The notes: a model not told the origin generated them from the letters alone. Positions 12,461 to 26,114 are shown, counted from the stretch's first letter. The stretch is DNA of 64,000 nucleotides from Camelus ferus (GCF_009834535.1 NC_045697.1:61072001-61136000), one strand, 5' to 3'. Numbers and translations are program-made.

Positions 12461-15084
12461 TGTATACTCTTTCTGGTATTGATGTATACTCTTTCTGGTC
12501 CATTGACGAAGCCAAGTGCACCACACTCCCCCACAACACGATATTCATGTCTCCAGACCTCATTGTAGCTCTTGCCAGCACAGTCCTAGAGAAACACAAT
12601 CAAACATTTACTCTCTGCTTCTCCATCGTCATGCACTTCCATTTCTGCTCTCCTCCTCTCATCAGGAAGTCATCCCGACTTAAGAAAATCTACTGAGCAT
12701 ACAGTATGCACTATGAATTAGAATAAGCATGTTTTGTGTATTAATTCATTAAATTCCATAAAATCCTCATGTGATAATGATTATCTATGGATGTATTTAT
12801 ATGGAAGTTATACTCACACTTTATAAATTAAGACTATAAACATCTATAAGTGGTTTATGTAGGGTCTCTAAAATGGATGTGTTAGAGCAAAGGTTTGAGT
12901 CAGGATCTGTGTGCTTTCTGAAAAAGCCAACTAATCTCATTAACTTCATACATGCATACATTTAAAAATTAATTACCAGAAGCTAACTGTATTTTCAATT
13001 ATCTGAACATAACACACTGCAGAGTTCCTCTATAGTTGCCTGTGTCACTGACAATATATTAACCTAGAACTACTTATACTAAGCTTTGCTGAGATCAGAA
13101 CAGGTCCCAGGCTCTGGAATGAGAGTAAATCCACAGGTGTAGGTGAAGTGGTCCTACCTGCCCAAGGTGGAGGCTTCGGGCAAAGGCAGAAGCCGCATGT
13201 GTGTGCTGGACTTGTGTGTTTGTATACGTGTACATGTAAGATCCTGAGTAAATGGGTAGATCTGACAAATAATAGGTTTCAATGGCTACTTGGCTTAGTC
13301 TTTTATTTAGGCCAAACTTCAACTTTTCCTGTCATATATCTATTACAGATCTGTCTCATTTAGCCTGCATATTTATTTTAATTCTTCACAATTTTGAATG
13401 CTATTGGTACAGCATCGCCTTTCAATACAAGCACATAATCAATATGTTCTAATCTAGAATAGCTTTGTTCTACTGTATAACATTCATATGAAATAAACAG
13501 GCCCTTAAAAGTGGGGAACAACTTAACACTAGATAATCAGAAGCAGCAGTCAGCCCCTAATGGAGATATATTTATTGTCTTCAACTTAATAGTTATCCAA
13601 CTTGTAAGCACTCCATTTTTGCTATTTAAATGTAGCGCTAGTTTAAGATATTACTCTCTAGTTATGCATTTTACATGATAATTTATAATACTTCATTTGT
13701 ATTTATAATCATGGTTGGGATCAGCTGTAAATTCATTATGCATACAAAGTTTAAATAAATAGTTAGAAAATTACCTGAACAAATCAGCAGAACAACCAGG
13801 CACGTTGTATTTTGCAATTAGTGACAGATGAAGTTCTTAAAATCCAGTTTATTTTGCACAAGGAAAAAAAAAATATGTAGTTATGAGAGAGCCCTTTCTA
13901 AGCTATCTAAATCACCCGTGATTGGCAACTTACTCTTTTGTATACAGTTCTATTTGGTTGATTTTGCATACTCTGTCAATTAAATGTGCAAGGAATTCCT
14001 CTCAAAGGCGCTTTAAATGAATGGGGTTATCAGAGAAAGTCCAGCCTTAAACCTTAGGACAAGAACACCGGCCTTGTACCATATTGTTTTGAACTCTCAG
14101 TCCTCCTGGAATGGGAAATAGGTTTTACTTCAAGTGGGGGCTTGAATAGATTGGAGTTCTGTATTGAGTAGAGTGTGCATATTTTGGCTTACAGAGAAAA
14201 TTACCCTGATGGGGCAGCAGTATCAGTTCTGTTTATGGATGGTCCGTGTCTCTTATACATGCCATATTTTGTCTACCCTATAATCTCCTCAGAAATCTGC
14301 CCCGGGGGCTTCTATCTGACAGAAACTTTCCAAGAGCCAGTGTGTGACAGAAAGGCATCAGAAGACGAATAATTAAAATTCTTTTACCATGTCCCACTTA
14401 ACAGCATTAATGTTACTGACAACCCTAATGGCCCAATGCCTTCTCCATTTTAACAGCCCTTCCATGAGGCCCCTACTAGGTCTAGGCAGACTGGCAGTGT
14501 TTGGTCCCTGTGTGTCTCACGGGGTTAACCACACCACCTGCTAAATGAAGAACTAAGCAAAGGTGGGATGCTAGTCTGTTCTTTCTACTTTTAATCCCTG
14601 TTGAAAGCAGGAACTCTGAAATTGTGCGTGTGTGTGATGTGTGTATACACATATATATATCTATATGTGAATCCAAATATAATCATATTGAGGGGAAGGT
14701 TTTTGCATATTATAACAATATGAAAAGCACATGAATAACAGAAGTAATTTATTTCTTTATTGTATTTTAAATAGTATTTATACAATGATTTTATTGTTTT
14801 TTTTTTTAAACTGTAGATTTTAAGAAGACACAGAGACTGTGATTGGAAGGTTTATATTATTGCTGGAGACCTTACATTCTGATTTTATTTGATAACTACA
14901 TCTACCTATATACATACAGATGTATATGTATATAAACTTTTATATTGTATGTATGTGTATGTGTGTATGCATTATATAAGTATAGGAATAATTATAGCTA
15001 TAGAGATGTCACTTTAACCTTTAATCACAGTAATATTTAGGTGTATATAAATTATTATCAAGTAAGGAGAAAGGTCCTGAAAAA

Positions 15085-15475
15085 CTGTGGGAGGGGGAGA
15101 CCATAATAGATACATTTTGAAGAGTGACAGTATTTAAATAATGAAAACAGAACCCTGGGTGAAAGTATGAATATACTGGTGGTTCTGGTTATACATCTGT
15201 GACAAGTAAAGATTGTAGGAGTTACTTCAATAAGAAGGAGAAGATGAATGATGCAGTTTCTACAGTGTATTAGGACAAATACAGTTATTCTGTGTTTGAT
15301 GTACACGGGCTCAAGGTTTAGAAAACAGCATTATAATGTTGACAGTCTCATCATCAGTCAGGCTATTAAGATTACAGTACAAGCCACAGTTCTCACAGCA
15401 GACACAGAACCAGCACCTGCCCTACCTGTAAAAGGAGAATAGGGATTCATCAGTCACATCAGTGCTATCAGATGA
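15085..15475 (+). mobile_element. Possible ancient RTE-clade LINE 3' fragment
   Basis: Decayed GRGRP motif and TCPTCKR..RIG/FISHI, resembling the C-terminal C2H2 motif of RTE ORFs. Confidence 0.4.
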
Positions 15476-16496
15476 CTTTCTGAAATTTAATGTGGTCAGA
15501 TAGATTTGATTCACTTTATTGGCTGTGTTATCTGTAGTGTGATGTCCACTTGACCTCTGCCTTTCTAAGCTACCCTGATGATACACACGCCACGATCCAT
15601 ACCAGCTCTTAAAATAAATGTATAAACGCCAGCTGGTGTTTTCACAACTGACCAGATTTTCCTGCTCCATCCTACCTCACTATTCCCTTAACCACTATAA
15701 CCACAATCACACACACGCACAAACACACACACACACACTTATTCTTGCCCCATTTATGTATTTTCTTGTTTCTTCAGTGATAAAGCTGACTCTATAAACC
15801 AATTTTTCATACTAATTTTACTACCTTAAAATGGTGACTTTCCACTTCCCATATCCTCAGAATTGACTAGGTTTCTGAAATTTATCATGGTTTTGTTTCA
15901 GTCTTTAGTTTCTGTGTCCCCTGTAGTGCTGTATACAAAATCCTAAATACAGTCCCTGGCACTGAAAGCTCTGCTCCTCACCCTAATCTTAATCACCTCC
16001 ACTGTTCTGCGAATGGAAAGGAGTAGAATGGATGTGGGATATAGATGGTTTAAATTTGCAAATTCATAATGCTTATAAAGTTAAAATACAAAAATGTTAA
16101 TATACAAAAATATGAGGAACAGAATTTAGAAAATCTCAGGCATGACTTTTATTAATTCATCTCTTAAATACGGAACTATTAGGCAGGCAAAATAATTTTT
16201 AAATAGAAACACAACTCTAAGCAATAGTATCAGAAGATATAACTTGTTACTAAAGAATGACAGAGATTGGTTAAGATCTGAAGTGTCCAAATTATTCGTA
16301 TTATTAAATGGTCAATCTTGCCTAAAATTTTGTATTGTTTTACAAAAGTATAAAGTAATTTACTATTTTTGTGTATATTATTAATGAGATACATTGACAT
16401 GACTGTGGATTCTGTTATCCTTTCTTGATAATAATTGGATAAATTTCTGAAAATACTGAGGAGCAAGCCACATGAATATCTGTATAAGAGGCATTA

Positions 16497-16960
16497 TAGG
16501 CATACCTTGGAGATACTGCAGATATGTTTCCAGACCCCAATAAAACAAACATCACAATAAAGCAAGTCATAAGAATCTTTTGTTTCCCAGTGCATATGAA
16601 AGCTATGTGTACACTATACTGTGGCCTATTAAGTGTAAAATAGCGTTATATCTAATGAAACTCTGTGCATACCTTAATTAAAAAATAATCTATTGCTAAA
16701 AAATGCTAACCATGATTGAGCCTTCAGTGAATCATAATCTTTTTGCTGGTAGAGGATTTGAAGTATTGTGAGAATTAGCAAAATGTAACACAGAAACAGG
16801 AAATGAGTAAATGCTGTTGGAAATGGCCCCAACAGACTTGCTTGGCACAGGATTGCCACAAACTTTCAATTTGTAAGAAAAAAAAAGAAAGGAAGAAAAG
16901 AAAAAATGCAGTATCTGGGAAGCACAATAAAGCAAAGTGCGATAAAATGAAACCTGCTTG
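16497..16960 (-). mobile_element. Tigger1-derived non-autonomous DNA transposon
   Basis: aggcataccttggagatactgcag..ttccagacc at one end; gcacaataaagcaaagtgcgataaaatga at the other. Confidence 0.8.
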
Positions 16961-17221
16961 GACAGATGGGGGACAGCAGATACAAGGACTTAGAGATTCA
17001 AGGACTAGCCTGGTATGATCAGAGCCAAATGAGCACAGAGAAGAGTTTCCTGTATTGCTACTGAACAATCAGATGACTGTACACATCACTTTTTCCCCTC
17101 TTTGGGAGCATTTAGGTCTTGTCTTTGTACTTCATATTCTGAAGTTTCAAAGTATAGTAGTTTTCAATCCAGAGACACGTATCCCTCAATTAGTGGGAAA
17201 TTTGCTTTAAAAAATATATCC

Positions 17222-17419
17222 AGTTGACCCTTGGTATCTTCAGGGGTTGGTTCCAGGACATCTCACAGACATCAAAATCTGCAGGTGCTCAAGTTTCATG
17301 CAGTTGTTCCTCCATATTCACGGGCTCTGCGTCCACAGAGTCAACCAACTGGGAATCCACCACGGTTGGCTGAATCCACAGAGGCGGAGGCAGAACCTGC
17401 AAATACTGAGGGCTGACTG
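17222..17419. mobile_element. MER2-like Tigger MITE
   Basis: TIRs cagttgaccct / agggctgactg; ggggttggttccagga core. Confidence 0.7.
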
Positions 17420-17849
17420 TATTGCTTTTAAAAATCTCACACCCAGCTTTACATCTGTTGTCTTTTTTATTCAACTCTTATTAGACCAGATGTTGGATCT
17501 CCAGTTTTTATCTTTCAGTTTTCTTATCTCTTACTTCTTATTGTCCATGTTTTTATTTTCTGTGAAAATTTCTTTAACTTCCAATGTTTATATTAATCTT
17601 AGAACATTTTATTTGTGTTATCAGATACCAAATGTCCTTTCTTATTCTCATATGCTTCTTTTAATAAAGATTTCTTTCTTATTTCATCAGAGCAATATCT
17701 TCCATCATCTCTCTGAAATCAGTTTTTGGACGTAATTTTGCCCCGCATTTTCAGTCCGGTATCTATTTCTATACTATCTTGTGACTTCTTTCCCCAATCT
17801 CAGTGCCTCTGTTGTTCAGATTTTCTGTGGAATAATCACCTAGAGTTTA

Positions 17850-18112
17850 GAGTTTAGAATTTCAGATCACATGGTCTCTGTTGAAATTACTCTGCTCTGT
17901 CATTGTAGCATAAAAGCAGCCATAGACAATATATAGACGCATGAGTATGGCTGTATGGCTGTGTTCCAAAACTGTATTTATGGACACTGAGATTTAAATT
18001 TCACATATTTTTAATTAAATTTTTTTTCAACTATTTAAAAAAATAACAGCTTGAGGTCACACAAAAAGAAGCAGCAAGCTGAATCTGTCCCCTAAGGCTA
18101 TAACCCCTGCTC
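17850..18112. mobile_element. MER58-like hAT-Charlie relic
   Basis: ggtctctgttgaaattactc..cattgtagcataaaagcagccatagacaata..tggctgtgttcca. Confidence 0.7.
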
Positions 18113-18769
18113 TGAAAGAATAAATAATTGCCTAAGGACATATAAGTAGTCTGATCCAGGATTAAGCATAAAACCTTCACATTGCAAAGGTAATTCTCTT
18201 TCTATTTTAATTTCTATACGATCCTACCGAACCCAGAATCAAACATTTCTAACCTCTTTTTTACAAAGCTCTAATTTAGCCTATTTTTTAAAAAAAAGAT
18301 AGAAATACCAGTGTAGAAGGAGACAGAAAACATCTGAAATGATTTTTATTCTTCTTTTGTTCCTTTTCAAAGGCAGTGTCAAGTGGCATCTAGATGCTGC
18401 TCGCATTTTCCTGCCCTCTGTCTGAGGGTGGAAATCTTCAAATCTCTGCCTGTCTGAAATCCAGCCACTGACACAGTTCACTTGTGTAGGGGTACAGGAT
18501 GATATTCTAAAGGAAGAAGTCAGCTGACTACTTTTATTCTTTAACACAAGGCAGAAAATGGGAGGTCTATAAAAATATTTAAATACCTTTTTTGAATCTT
18601 TAAAACATGAATAGTAAACAGAAATCTTTTATAGAAACATAAAAAAAAGTAAAATTTCCCATGAAAGAAGCTGTTAGAATTGTAGATATTATAGTTCTCT
18701 TTTACTAAAAATAAATGGCCATAAGGGACACAAAGACCTTGGCCTACTATGTTACTTATCACTGCTGTT

Positions 18770-19155
18770 TGCTAGATGTCATCTGGTAGCATGACATTGT
18801 TCCCTGTCCCCTTATACTTTGGGGGGATCAGGTGATCATTCTAGTCAACGAGTTATGAGGAGAAAGTAGTGTGTGTCATTTCTAGGTTGGGCATTTGTTT
18901 CTATAACATCCTCTGTTATATAACGTTTATCAGAACAAGTGGATATATTCTGCACTGTGGCTCCTCCAACATCCCGGGTCCCACACTGAAAATGATGACA
19001 ACATGGAATAGATATTTGGAGGGAATAACATGTATAGCAAATAAGAAATAAGCCTTTGCTGTTTTAGACAACTAAAGGTTTGCCCTAGAGCTGAGGGTGC
19101 TGAGGAGGGGAGGTGTTTGTTACTGTCACATTACTTGGCATTTCCTAACTGATGT
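18770..19155 (+). mobile_element. MLT1-type LTR fragment
   Basis: agaaataagcctttgctgttttag..tgtttgttactg..tcctaactgat. Confidence 0.5.
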
Positions 19156-20474
19156 ATCTATCTGGCTTAAGTCCAAAACCTGTTGACTCCATTACCCTTT
19201 TGTAATAAGGACAACCATTTTTATGTGTTTATTTGAACTCACAAAGAGGATTTTACTGAGGGTATCTACTTCCATGTGCTTTTTTCCAAGTGAATATGCA
19301 CAATACATGTGGTTATATTTGGCCTGCAGTGATCTTCCAGATCTATCTGACCTACTTTATCACGGATTACCTAGTGGGATTGACTCTGCTATAATGTCTA
19401 TTTTCTATATGCTACCCAGAGCAAAGGAACAGGCTTGAGAGTATAATTCTCAGATTCCTGACTCCACAAGTTAAACTCTAGCCATATTTGATGTTGATTT
19501 GCCATATTTATTAATACTAGCTTCTTAGAATATACTTTTTTGTTACAAATTACAACAAAAATTAATATAAGGAAGATATCAGCTGAAATACTCTATCTTT
19601 TGAGATTCAAATGAAAATGCCTCCTATCCCATAAGTCACTGGACTGCCCCCCCGCCCCAGCCCCCCGTACTCTGGCTGAAAGATGACTGTGGAACATTTA
19701 TATTGAAAAAATAACATTTGAAGTTACCAAGAAGGAATGACTGTTCTTTGTTGCTTTGCTTTTATTTTAAACATCTGTGTAAAAATCTATGGTTGTACAA
19801 AATTAACAAAATAAAGACACCCTGTTTATGTAATAATATGCTGTTAATAAAATCATAGGGTGAAAAAGAGCCCCTGAATGGACAGGCAGAATTTGAAAAG
19901 AGAGCAAAAAATATAGATGGCATGATTGCTGTTAAGAGAAAAGGAAGAGTGAGTGGACATGCACTGGAGTATTACAACTAAGGACAGTGGTTTTTAAAGA
20001 GTGAATGCTTAGCATTTTATTTATTTTTAATGTGTGCAAAACCAGTTAGAGACTTTGTTTTTGCTACTGATGTTTTACACCCTAAGGAAAGCAGTTAAAC
20101 TACGTAAAGTGATTAAATAGTTTATGCATATAAGATATCTTTTCACGCCAGAGTCAAATCCCCAAGCCTAGATGTGGCAGGTGAAGTTATGAGAATCCAG
20201 TGGGAGAAACTGCACACCTGATTCTTGAGAGATATATCTGTGAGGTCAGGTTTTACACATGAGAGAAGAATAAACTCAGTATTGAAGTAAAGAAGGAAAC
20301 CAGTAAACCAATAGGGAAATTAAGCCAAACTCTGGCTTAATAAATGTGAAATTATAGAATTATACATCACACAACTGTCCTTTAAATCTTTTTTTTTAAT
20401 GTGATTTCCAAAATATTGTTATACTCTCAGGTGTATCTTTCTGATTTCTATTTAATAATAAAACATTGATTAGA

Positions 20475-20600
20475 GGGGAGGATACATCTCTGTGGTAGAG
20501 CGCATGCTTAGCATGCACAATGTCCTGGGTTCAATCCTCAGTACCTCCACTAAATAAATAAACCTAATTACCTCTCCCCTCAAAAAAAAAGCAAAAAAAT
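20475..20600 (+). mobile_element. tRNA-derived SINE (Vic-1-like)
   Basis: Homologous to the 956 copy: gtggtagagcgcatgcttagcatgcac..cctgggttcaatcc..aaataaacctaattacc. Confidence 0.85.
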
Positions 20601-20769
20601 ATATTTATTAATATCTTTAGATTACATTTTTCATCTCTTTTGTCACTGGATTGTACTTTTAGCATAATACTAGCAAATACTCCTTATTTACAACTATAGA
20701 ATTTCAGTTATATTATCTTCTAATATTGAGAAAGCTTTTAGGACTGCAAAATCAATTTATTTTATTCAG

Positions 20770-21008
20770 TTCAAATATCACACAAAATAAACCTATTATA
20801 TGTTGATGGTGAGCCAAATATAGCAAGAAACTTGTTAAAACACCTGAGGTCTTAGGAATGAGTATTTGAAAGAAAGATGAAAAGGAATTCAGATTTATTA
20901 AAATAGCAACAAAGGATGATAACATCTTGCATAAGCGAGGAACAAAAAAATCTACAAGCACCTGTTTGCACAATGTGATTAAAAGAAATAATGAGAACTT
21001 GTAAAGAA
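20770..21008 (+). pseudogene. Exon remnant, coiled-coil-like (QISHKINLLYVDGEPNIARNLLKHLRS*E*VFERKMKRNSDLLK*QQRM..)
   Basis: Acceptor tttattttattcag; purine-rich; four stops; weak donor. Confidence 0.45.
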
Positions 21009-21567
21009 GTACTATGTTCTATATTCATAAAGCTTTGAAATGAATAAAAGAAAAATAATTAAAGGAAAACCATAGATATTTTACAGATTATTTTAAAGTA
21101 GTGATACTGGCTTTCTTTCATAACAAGTCACCCTAAATGTCACTATACCAATCAATGAAATTCCTCTATTGTACCTGATTTCTGAACAAATTTGATCCAT
21201 GAAGGAAAATCACCCTTACCCATGAACCCCATCTACCTTAATCACTGTATTCCATCTTAAAGAAAAAATAAATTATATTTTCCAGATGTCAGTTTGTGTT
21301 TATATTGGGAATGTTCATGATGCTTATCAAAATAATTTATAAGTAATCAAAATATTAAGAAATATACATTCGGATATGAAAAGATACACATTCTCTTAAT
21401 TCTCCCTTTTACACAGAATAGGAATTTTACAGGCTCAGAGGAGAGATGGAATATTGTTTTACCATCTACCCTACCCCAAAATGTCCACTTAACAGGGAAA
21501 TAGCTATTAAGGAAGAGCAGTCATAGTGAAGTTAGAGTCACTTTACAATTTGACTTACATTTACCAG

Positions 21568-21678
21568 GACACCAATGAAGAGGCCAGAGAACAAGTGGGA
21601 ATAAAAAACTTTGAATACAAAGCTTTACAAGCGCGCAAGATAAAAGAGATTAAAATGTGGCTGATTCAGTGCAACTTA
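21568..21678 (+). pseudogene. Exon remnant (DTNEEAREQVGIKNFEYKALQARKIKEIKMWLIQCNL)
   Basis: Acceptor tgacttacatttaccag, donor TTA|gtgagt; 111 nt fully open, phase 0 to 0 (inside ORF 21526-21720). Confidence 0.7.
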
Positions 21679-22002
21679 GTGAGTGTTCAGATATTTGATG
21701 GAGGACTAAAATTGGAGTAAGAATTAAACCTACAGAAGCGGCAACAACAATAACCACCTTGGTTGGTTATAAGTTCAGAATTAAAAATAAAAATAAATTA
21801 TCTTTTAAAAATACCCTCTTTCTTTCCCACCACATTGTTGGCTTCTTAGTCCCGCAGAGAAGTGGTAGGAACACTGATGTTTTCTCTGTATCATCATTAA
21901 TAGCAGTTATTGCTGTCACCACTCCCCCCAAAATCGAGGAACATAAAAATTAATCCTTAATTACCAGCAAATGTTTTCACTGATTTTGTTCTTCTTCTGC
22001 AA

Positions 22003-22353
22003 ACCTTGTTAGCAATCTGTGATAGGAAATCAGAATTTTCAAAAACAAAATAATACTTGATTTTCCTTCAAAAAGATATTTACTATCCCAGGCATTAGAC
22101 AGATGTAGAAAAAGGCAAACCCAGTGTATGTATATATGGCAATCAGGAAGGGGTTGCGTAGATACTGATGATGAAGTCTAATGGATACCGAAAAGCTGTT
22201 TTCTTTCGGTTAATCATTATTCATGATCCACAAACATTAGGCTTTCAGTCCAGTGTTACAACGTGTCCGTTTTAATTAGCACCACAGAGCAGTGAAGAGC
22301 TACAGACTCTGCCGTACATAACTATTAGTTGCTCTCTACAACTGAAAGCAAAG
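22003..22353 (+). pseudogene. Exon remnant with ZU5-start-like motif (..IWQSGRGCVDTDDEV*WIPKSCF..TNIRLSVQC)
   Basis: Polypyrimidine tract ending in tgcaa (mutated cag); six stops; weak donor AAG|gtacaa. Confidence 0.4.
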
Positions 22354-23613
22354 GTACAAAGAAATGATCTCACTAGAAACAAGAATTTATCACTGACTGC
22401 TCATCGTTATATCCAAGGAATGTTTTTCTTAGATTTTCTTTATAAAATGCTTTAAGAAAAACAAGCTTTTTCACCAATTTTTAACATGCAAAATATTTTA
22501 ACTGATAATCCAATCATTTAAATGTAATTATTCAAATAAATATGTATGATTATTTGTTTATAAAAGTGTTGCCCATTGGCATAAACATTGAATTAATTTT
22601 CAAGATTAGAATTACCAAGTTTATAAATTAAGGATTTGGAAACTCTCAAGTATTTATTAAGAATCCTTATATTGGTAACTTATTTTTCACTTGGGTTTCC
22701 AATTTGTTGAATAAGTAGGTTAATATAACATGGAAGAGGGATTTATTTGATGAGATTAAAGGGCATAGGAAAAATAAGAAATTAAATAAAACTTGCTATA
22801 TTTCATGGCTTTAGGCTAAAATACTAATACTTGAGGGCCATCTTCAATTCCCCCCCACCCACCTTAAGCTAACTGATTATACTATGTATAGGTTAGAAGA
22901 AAAACACTGCTGCTGCTGGGATGACAAAATTCCATTTTGAGTGCTTTATTGATGATAGTTCATTAGTGCAATGCTTAATAGAGTACAAAATATCACATTT
23001 ATTTTTCACGTATTAAATAGTATAACGTGTATTAAAAGAAACTTTTACATAAGTCAAAGCAGCAGAGAGTCTGAGTGAGAGAGAGAAATGTAACTTGAAT
23101 AGACAATTGGGAGGAGCAGTACATGAAAGAACACAAGGGGTTAAGAGAGCATTTGGCAGTCAGAGACTAAAATTTGGCAAAGTTGGAGCACAATTCTGCC
23201 TTGGCATAGAGGGAACAGAGGATGGTTCAAAAGACTGTCTTGTGAAGAACCTTCCCTATAACTGTATTTGACCCATTAAGTGATAATCTGTAAGTCACAT
23301 TATATCACATTGCCTTACTCATCTTTCTGGGGCACCAGCCCTGAATAGCAGGTAGAATTGTAACTGGGACAAAATGGCCTGCTATTGGAAGGTGTTCAGA
23401 TCTTGTTTAGAAAGAATATATAGGAGGGGAACAGGAAGCAAGGAGTCTCTCTTCTTAGTCTATAGAATATGGGCTCCCCTGTGAGAAGAGAATATTTAGA
23501 ACATACGCAGGTCAAATCTCATTCTAGTGACAACGAGTCAGGGTTATGCCCTCCTTGAATTTGTGCTAAGATGCCTAATCAAGGTTTCGGCTGCCTTTTA
23601 TTTTTAACTTTAG

Positions 23614-23888
23614 GAAGAGATGAAGAAGGACTGAGAAAGAAAGAATTTACTGTACTGAATAACTTTGACAATGATTTTCATTCTAAACGATTTTTAAAAG
23701 TGGTGTTATTCTTGGCCATTATCTAGGATCCTAAAATACTTTCAGCGTAGTGCACTATTCATTATAATGATGTTCCTCTTATAATGGATTTAGAACTCAT
23801 TTGATCAGAAATAGCACAAAGCTGGATTGGATAAACACAAATTTTGCTGAAGTTATGAAAAAAGACCCATTATCCTAAAAGTTTCCAG
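23614..23888 (+). pseudogene. Exon remnant (RDEEGLRKKEFTVLNNFDNDFHSKRFLKVVLFLAII..; ..KLDWINTNFAEVMKKDPL)
   Basis: Strong acceptor ttttatttttaactttag; 36 open codons, then stops and one frameshift; donor CAG|gtggca. Confidence 0.6.
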
Positions 23889-24025
23889 GTGGCAACAGAA
23901 TAGTTTATATTGCTTGCTCCTTGAAAATATCTTTGAAAATTCAATTTAAAGAGTTTATATTGCCATAAGAAATATTCTGATTGGAATAGAATTTGTAGCA
24001 AATACTATTTTTCTAATAATTGCAG

Positions 24026-24162
24026 AATGGAGGTCCCCAAAACCAACTCATAAATGAGAATATATAAATGCAGACCAAGATATTGTAAAATGTTTGACTT
24101 TTATTACATGTTATTGATAACTCATTGAAAAGGAAAGAAATCATATATTTGGGGCTTTCCAT
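24026..24162 (+). pseudogene. Exon remnant (EWRSPKPTHK*EYINADQDIVKCLTFITCY**LIEKERNHIFGAFH)
   Basis: Acceptor tttttctaataattgcag; phase 1 to 0, compatible with both neighbours. Confidence 0.5.
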
Positions 24163-25115
24163 GTAGATTTTCACTTTACCTCTTTTATATTTGCTGTGAT
24201 TTAATTTTTAGTCTAGCTTGCTTTTTAGCTTTCTTTTTAGAGCAATTCTTTTTTATGTTTGCCCAAAATAATTATTTTGTAAAGAAAATATGTACCATAC
24301 CATAATCATGCCCTAGGGATATGATCCTCTTCCGATTCACAGTGAAAACTGTTTATGGCTGAACCATGTCTTCATATAGAGCCCCTTTTAAAATTGTGCT
24401 CTATAAATCAAACATTTGAAATTACTTCAACTTATTTTTTTTTAACTTTAACGACATTACACCTTATTCTTAGTCTTTCCAGTCCGTGGCATTCCTTTCC
24501 TTTTTAAAAATTTCATTTCACAACATCCTTCTAAGTGATAGCAATTTTAACTTCTAATTAGCTGAAAACATCATCTGTTGAATGATCTGTTTTCTTTCCT
24601 TTCTTTGAAGGATAAACATTCCTTCTCTTTTCAAACTGTAAAATTCTCATTAATAACCTGCTTTTATGATGTTGGCTTATATTTGTAATTCGCTGCAGTA
24701 CTTTATCGTGCACTGGACCAGGTTTCATCCCCTTAACAGAAAATTTTCAGTAAGGACAGAGCATATTGGGAGACAATTTTCCTCTTTGCCACCATTTATA
24801 TTTTTCTTATAAGCTTTTTATTAAGAAGTGTCCTGTCTTATTTTATGCACTGTTTTTAGAGCCCTCTACCATTCAGATTAAGTAGCCTTCTTAAATGTAT
24901 TTCATATAAAGTAAAAAGTTTTATATTCCAAGATTTACTTAATTTTACACAGAATACCTTCATGGCTGTCTCCTAAAATGGGAAACTCCAATTTGCTTAC
25001 ATTTCACATTTTATTTTTGAAATAAATCTGAAAGTAACATGCTTATTCTACTTAAAAATATTTTTTTTTCAACTAATCTCTCTCTTCTTACCTGTCATGT
25101 TGATATGTTTTTCAG

Positions 25116-25261
25116 CATCAAGGACCATAGACTCTGGAACCTAAATAACTTATCTGTACTTATTTGTTTCCAAAAGGCATAACTGAATTTGTCAATGTGA
25201 TTTTGACAGTTCATTTTAGTTTTCTTTCATTGGATGTAGCCTGACTGTAGACTACCAAAGA
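25116..25261 (+). pseudogene. Exon remnant, ZU5-like strand (..LICTYLFPKGITEFVNVILTVHFSFLSLDVA..)
   Basis: Acceptor atatgttttcag; phase 0 start compatible with 24162; four stops. Confidence 0.5.
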
Positions 25262-25266
25262 GTACA

Positions 25267-25270
<4 letters not shown>

Positions 25271-25303
<33 letters not shown>
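25271..25303. repeat. (TG)n microsatellite
   Basis: Direct reading. Confidence 0.95.
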
Positions 25304-25305
<2 letters not shown>

Positions 25306-26114
25306 TTTAGATTTTCAGAGGCAAACACTTCAACACTCATTAAATAATTAATGTTTTCACCAACAGTAAAATCACAGCTAATTATCCAGTATCTATGCAC
25401 AGTAAATCCAGCATGTTTGTTGTGGTGATCAATGTCATTGTTTGCATTTGCTTATTCCACAAGCACTAATGATTATTTTAGACAGCATTCAGTTCTGTCA
25501 GACTAGAAACAGGTTACAAGAAACAACACTGTTGGAAACACTTTTTCCAAAGCACTTAAGTTCAGTTAAAATACTGTTTTTTCAAAATCACAAGCCTATT
25601 TTTATAGTTGAGCAGATACTAGTATTGCACAGAATCAATTCAGTGGGCTTACAAAGCAATGTTAATGACCAGTTTTTTCCCAGAATAAAAAATTGTTCTT
25701 TTTAGTCACAAGCAAACACCAGTGACTTTCTAACAGAATTAAGAAAATGATTTTTGGTATACCATTACCGCTCCCATGTTTTAATTAATTCAAGTGTTTT
25801 TATTGTTGTTGTTTTGACTGCAAACACAGGAGAAAACCACTAATGTACAAACACTGTGCTATTTTCATAAAAGAAAAAGAAGGGATGGATCTATATAAAA
25901 TGACTTATTATTATTGATTTTTGTAATAATAAATTTTACAAGCCCTTATAAATTTTCAAAATAGTTTGCCAATGTCTTTGTTAGTTTTAAATACATAAAT
26001 TCTACACACTACATTGTTTTACCTTAGATGTTGTTATAGATAAAATCTATTCTAATATTTAAAACAGATTAAGAAATTATTTTAAAATGTTTTAATATCA
26101 ATTTTAAAAAAATT

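Noticed and set aside
12460..12499. 18-bp direct repeat atgtatactctttctggt
   Set aside because: Simple local tandem duplication at an L2 junction
14175..14372. 65-aa ORF after an AG acceptor
   Set aside because: No donor or phase link and no recognisable homology
17247..17735. Longest ORF in the track (162 aa)
   Set aside because: Runs through a MER2-like MITE and T-rich antisense L1-like sequence; chance ORF
20770..24162. Using 'stops restore to Q/R by one T>C change' as evidence of coding
   Set aside because: True of every stop codon, so it carries no information
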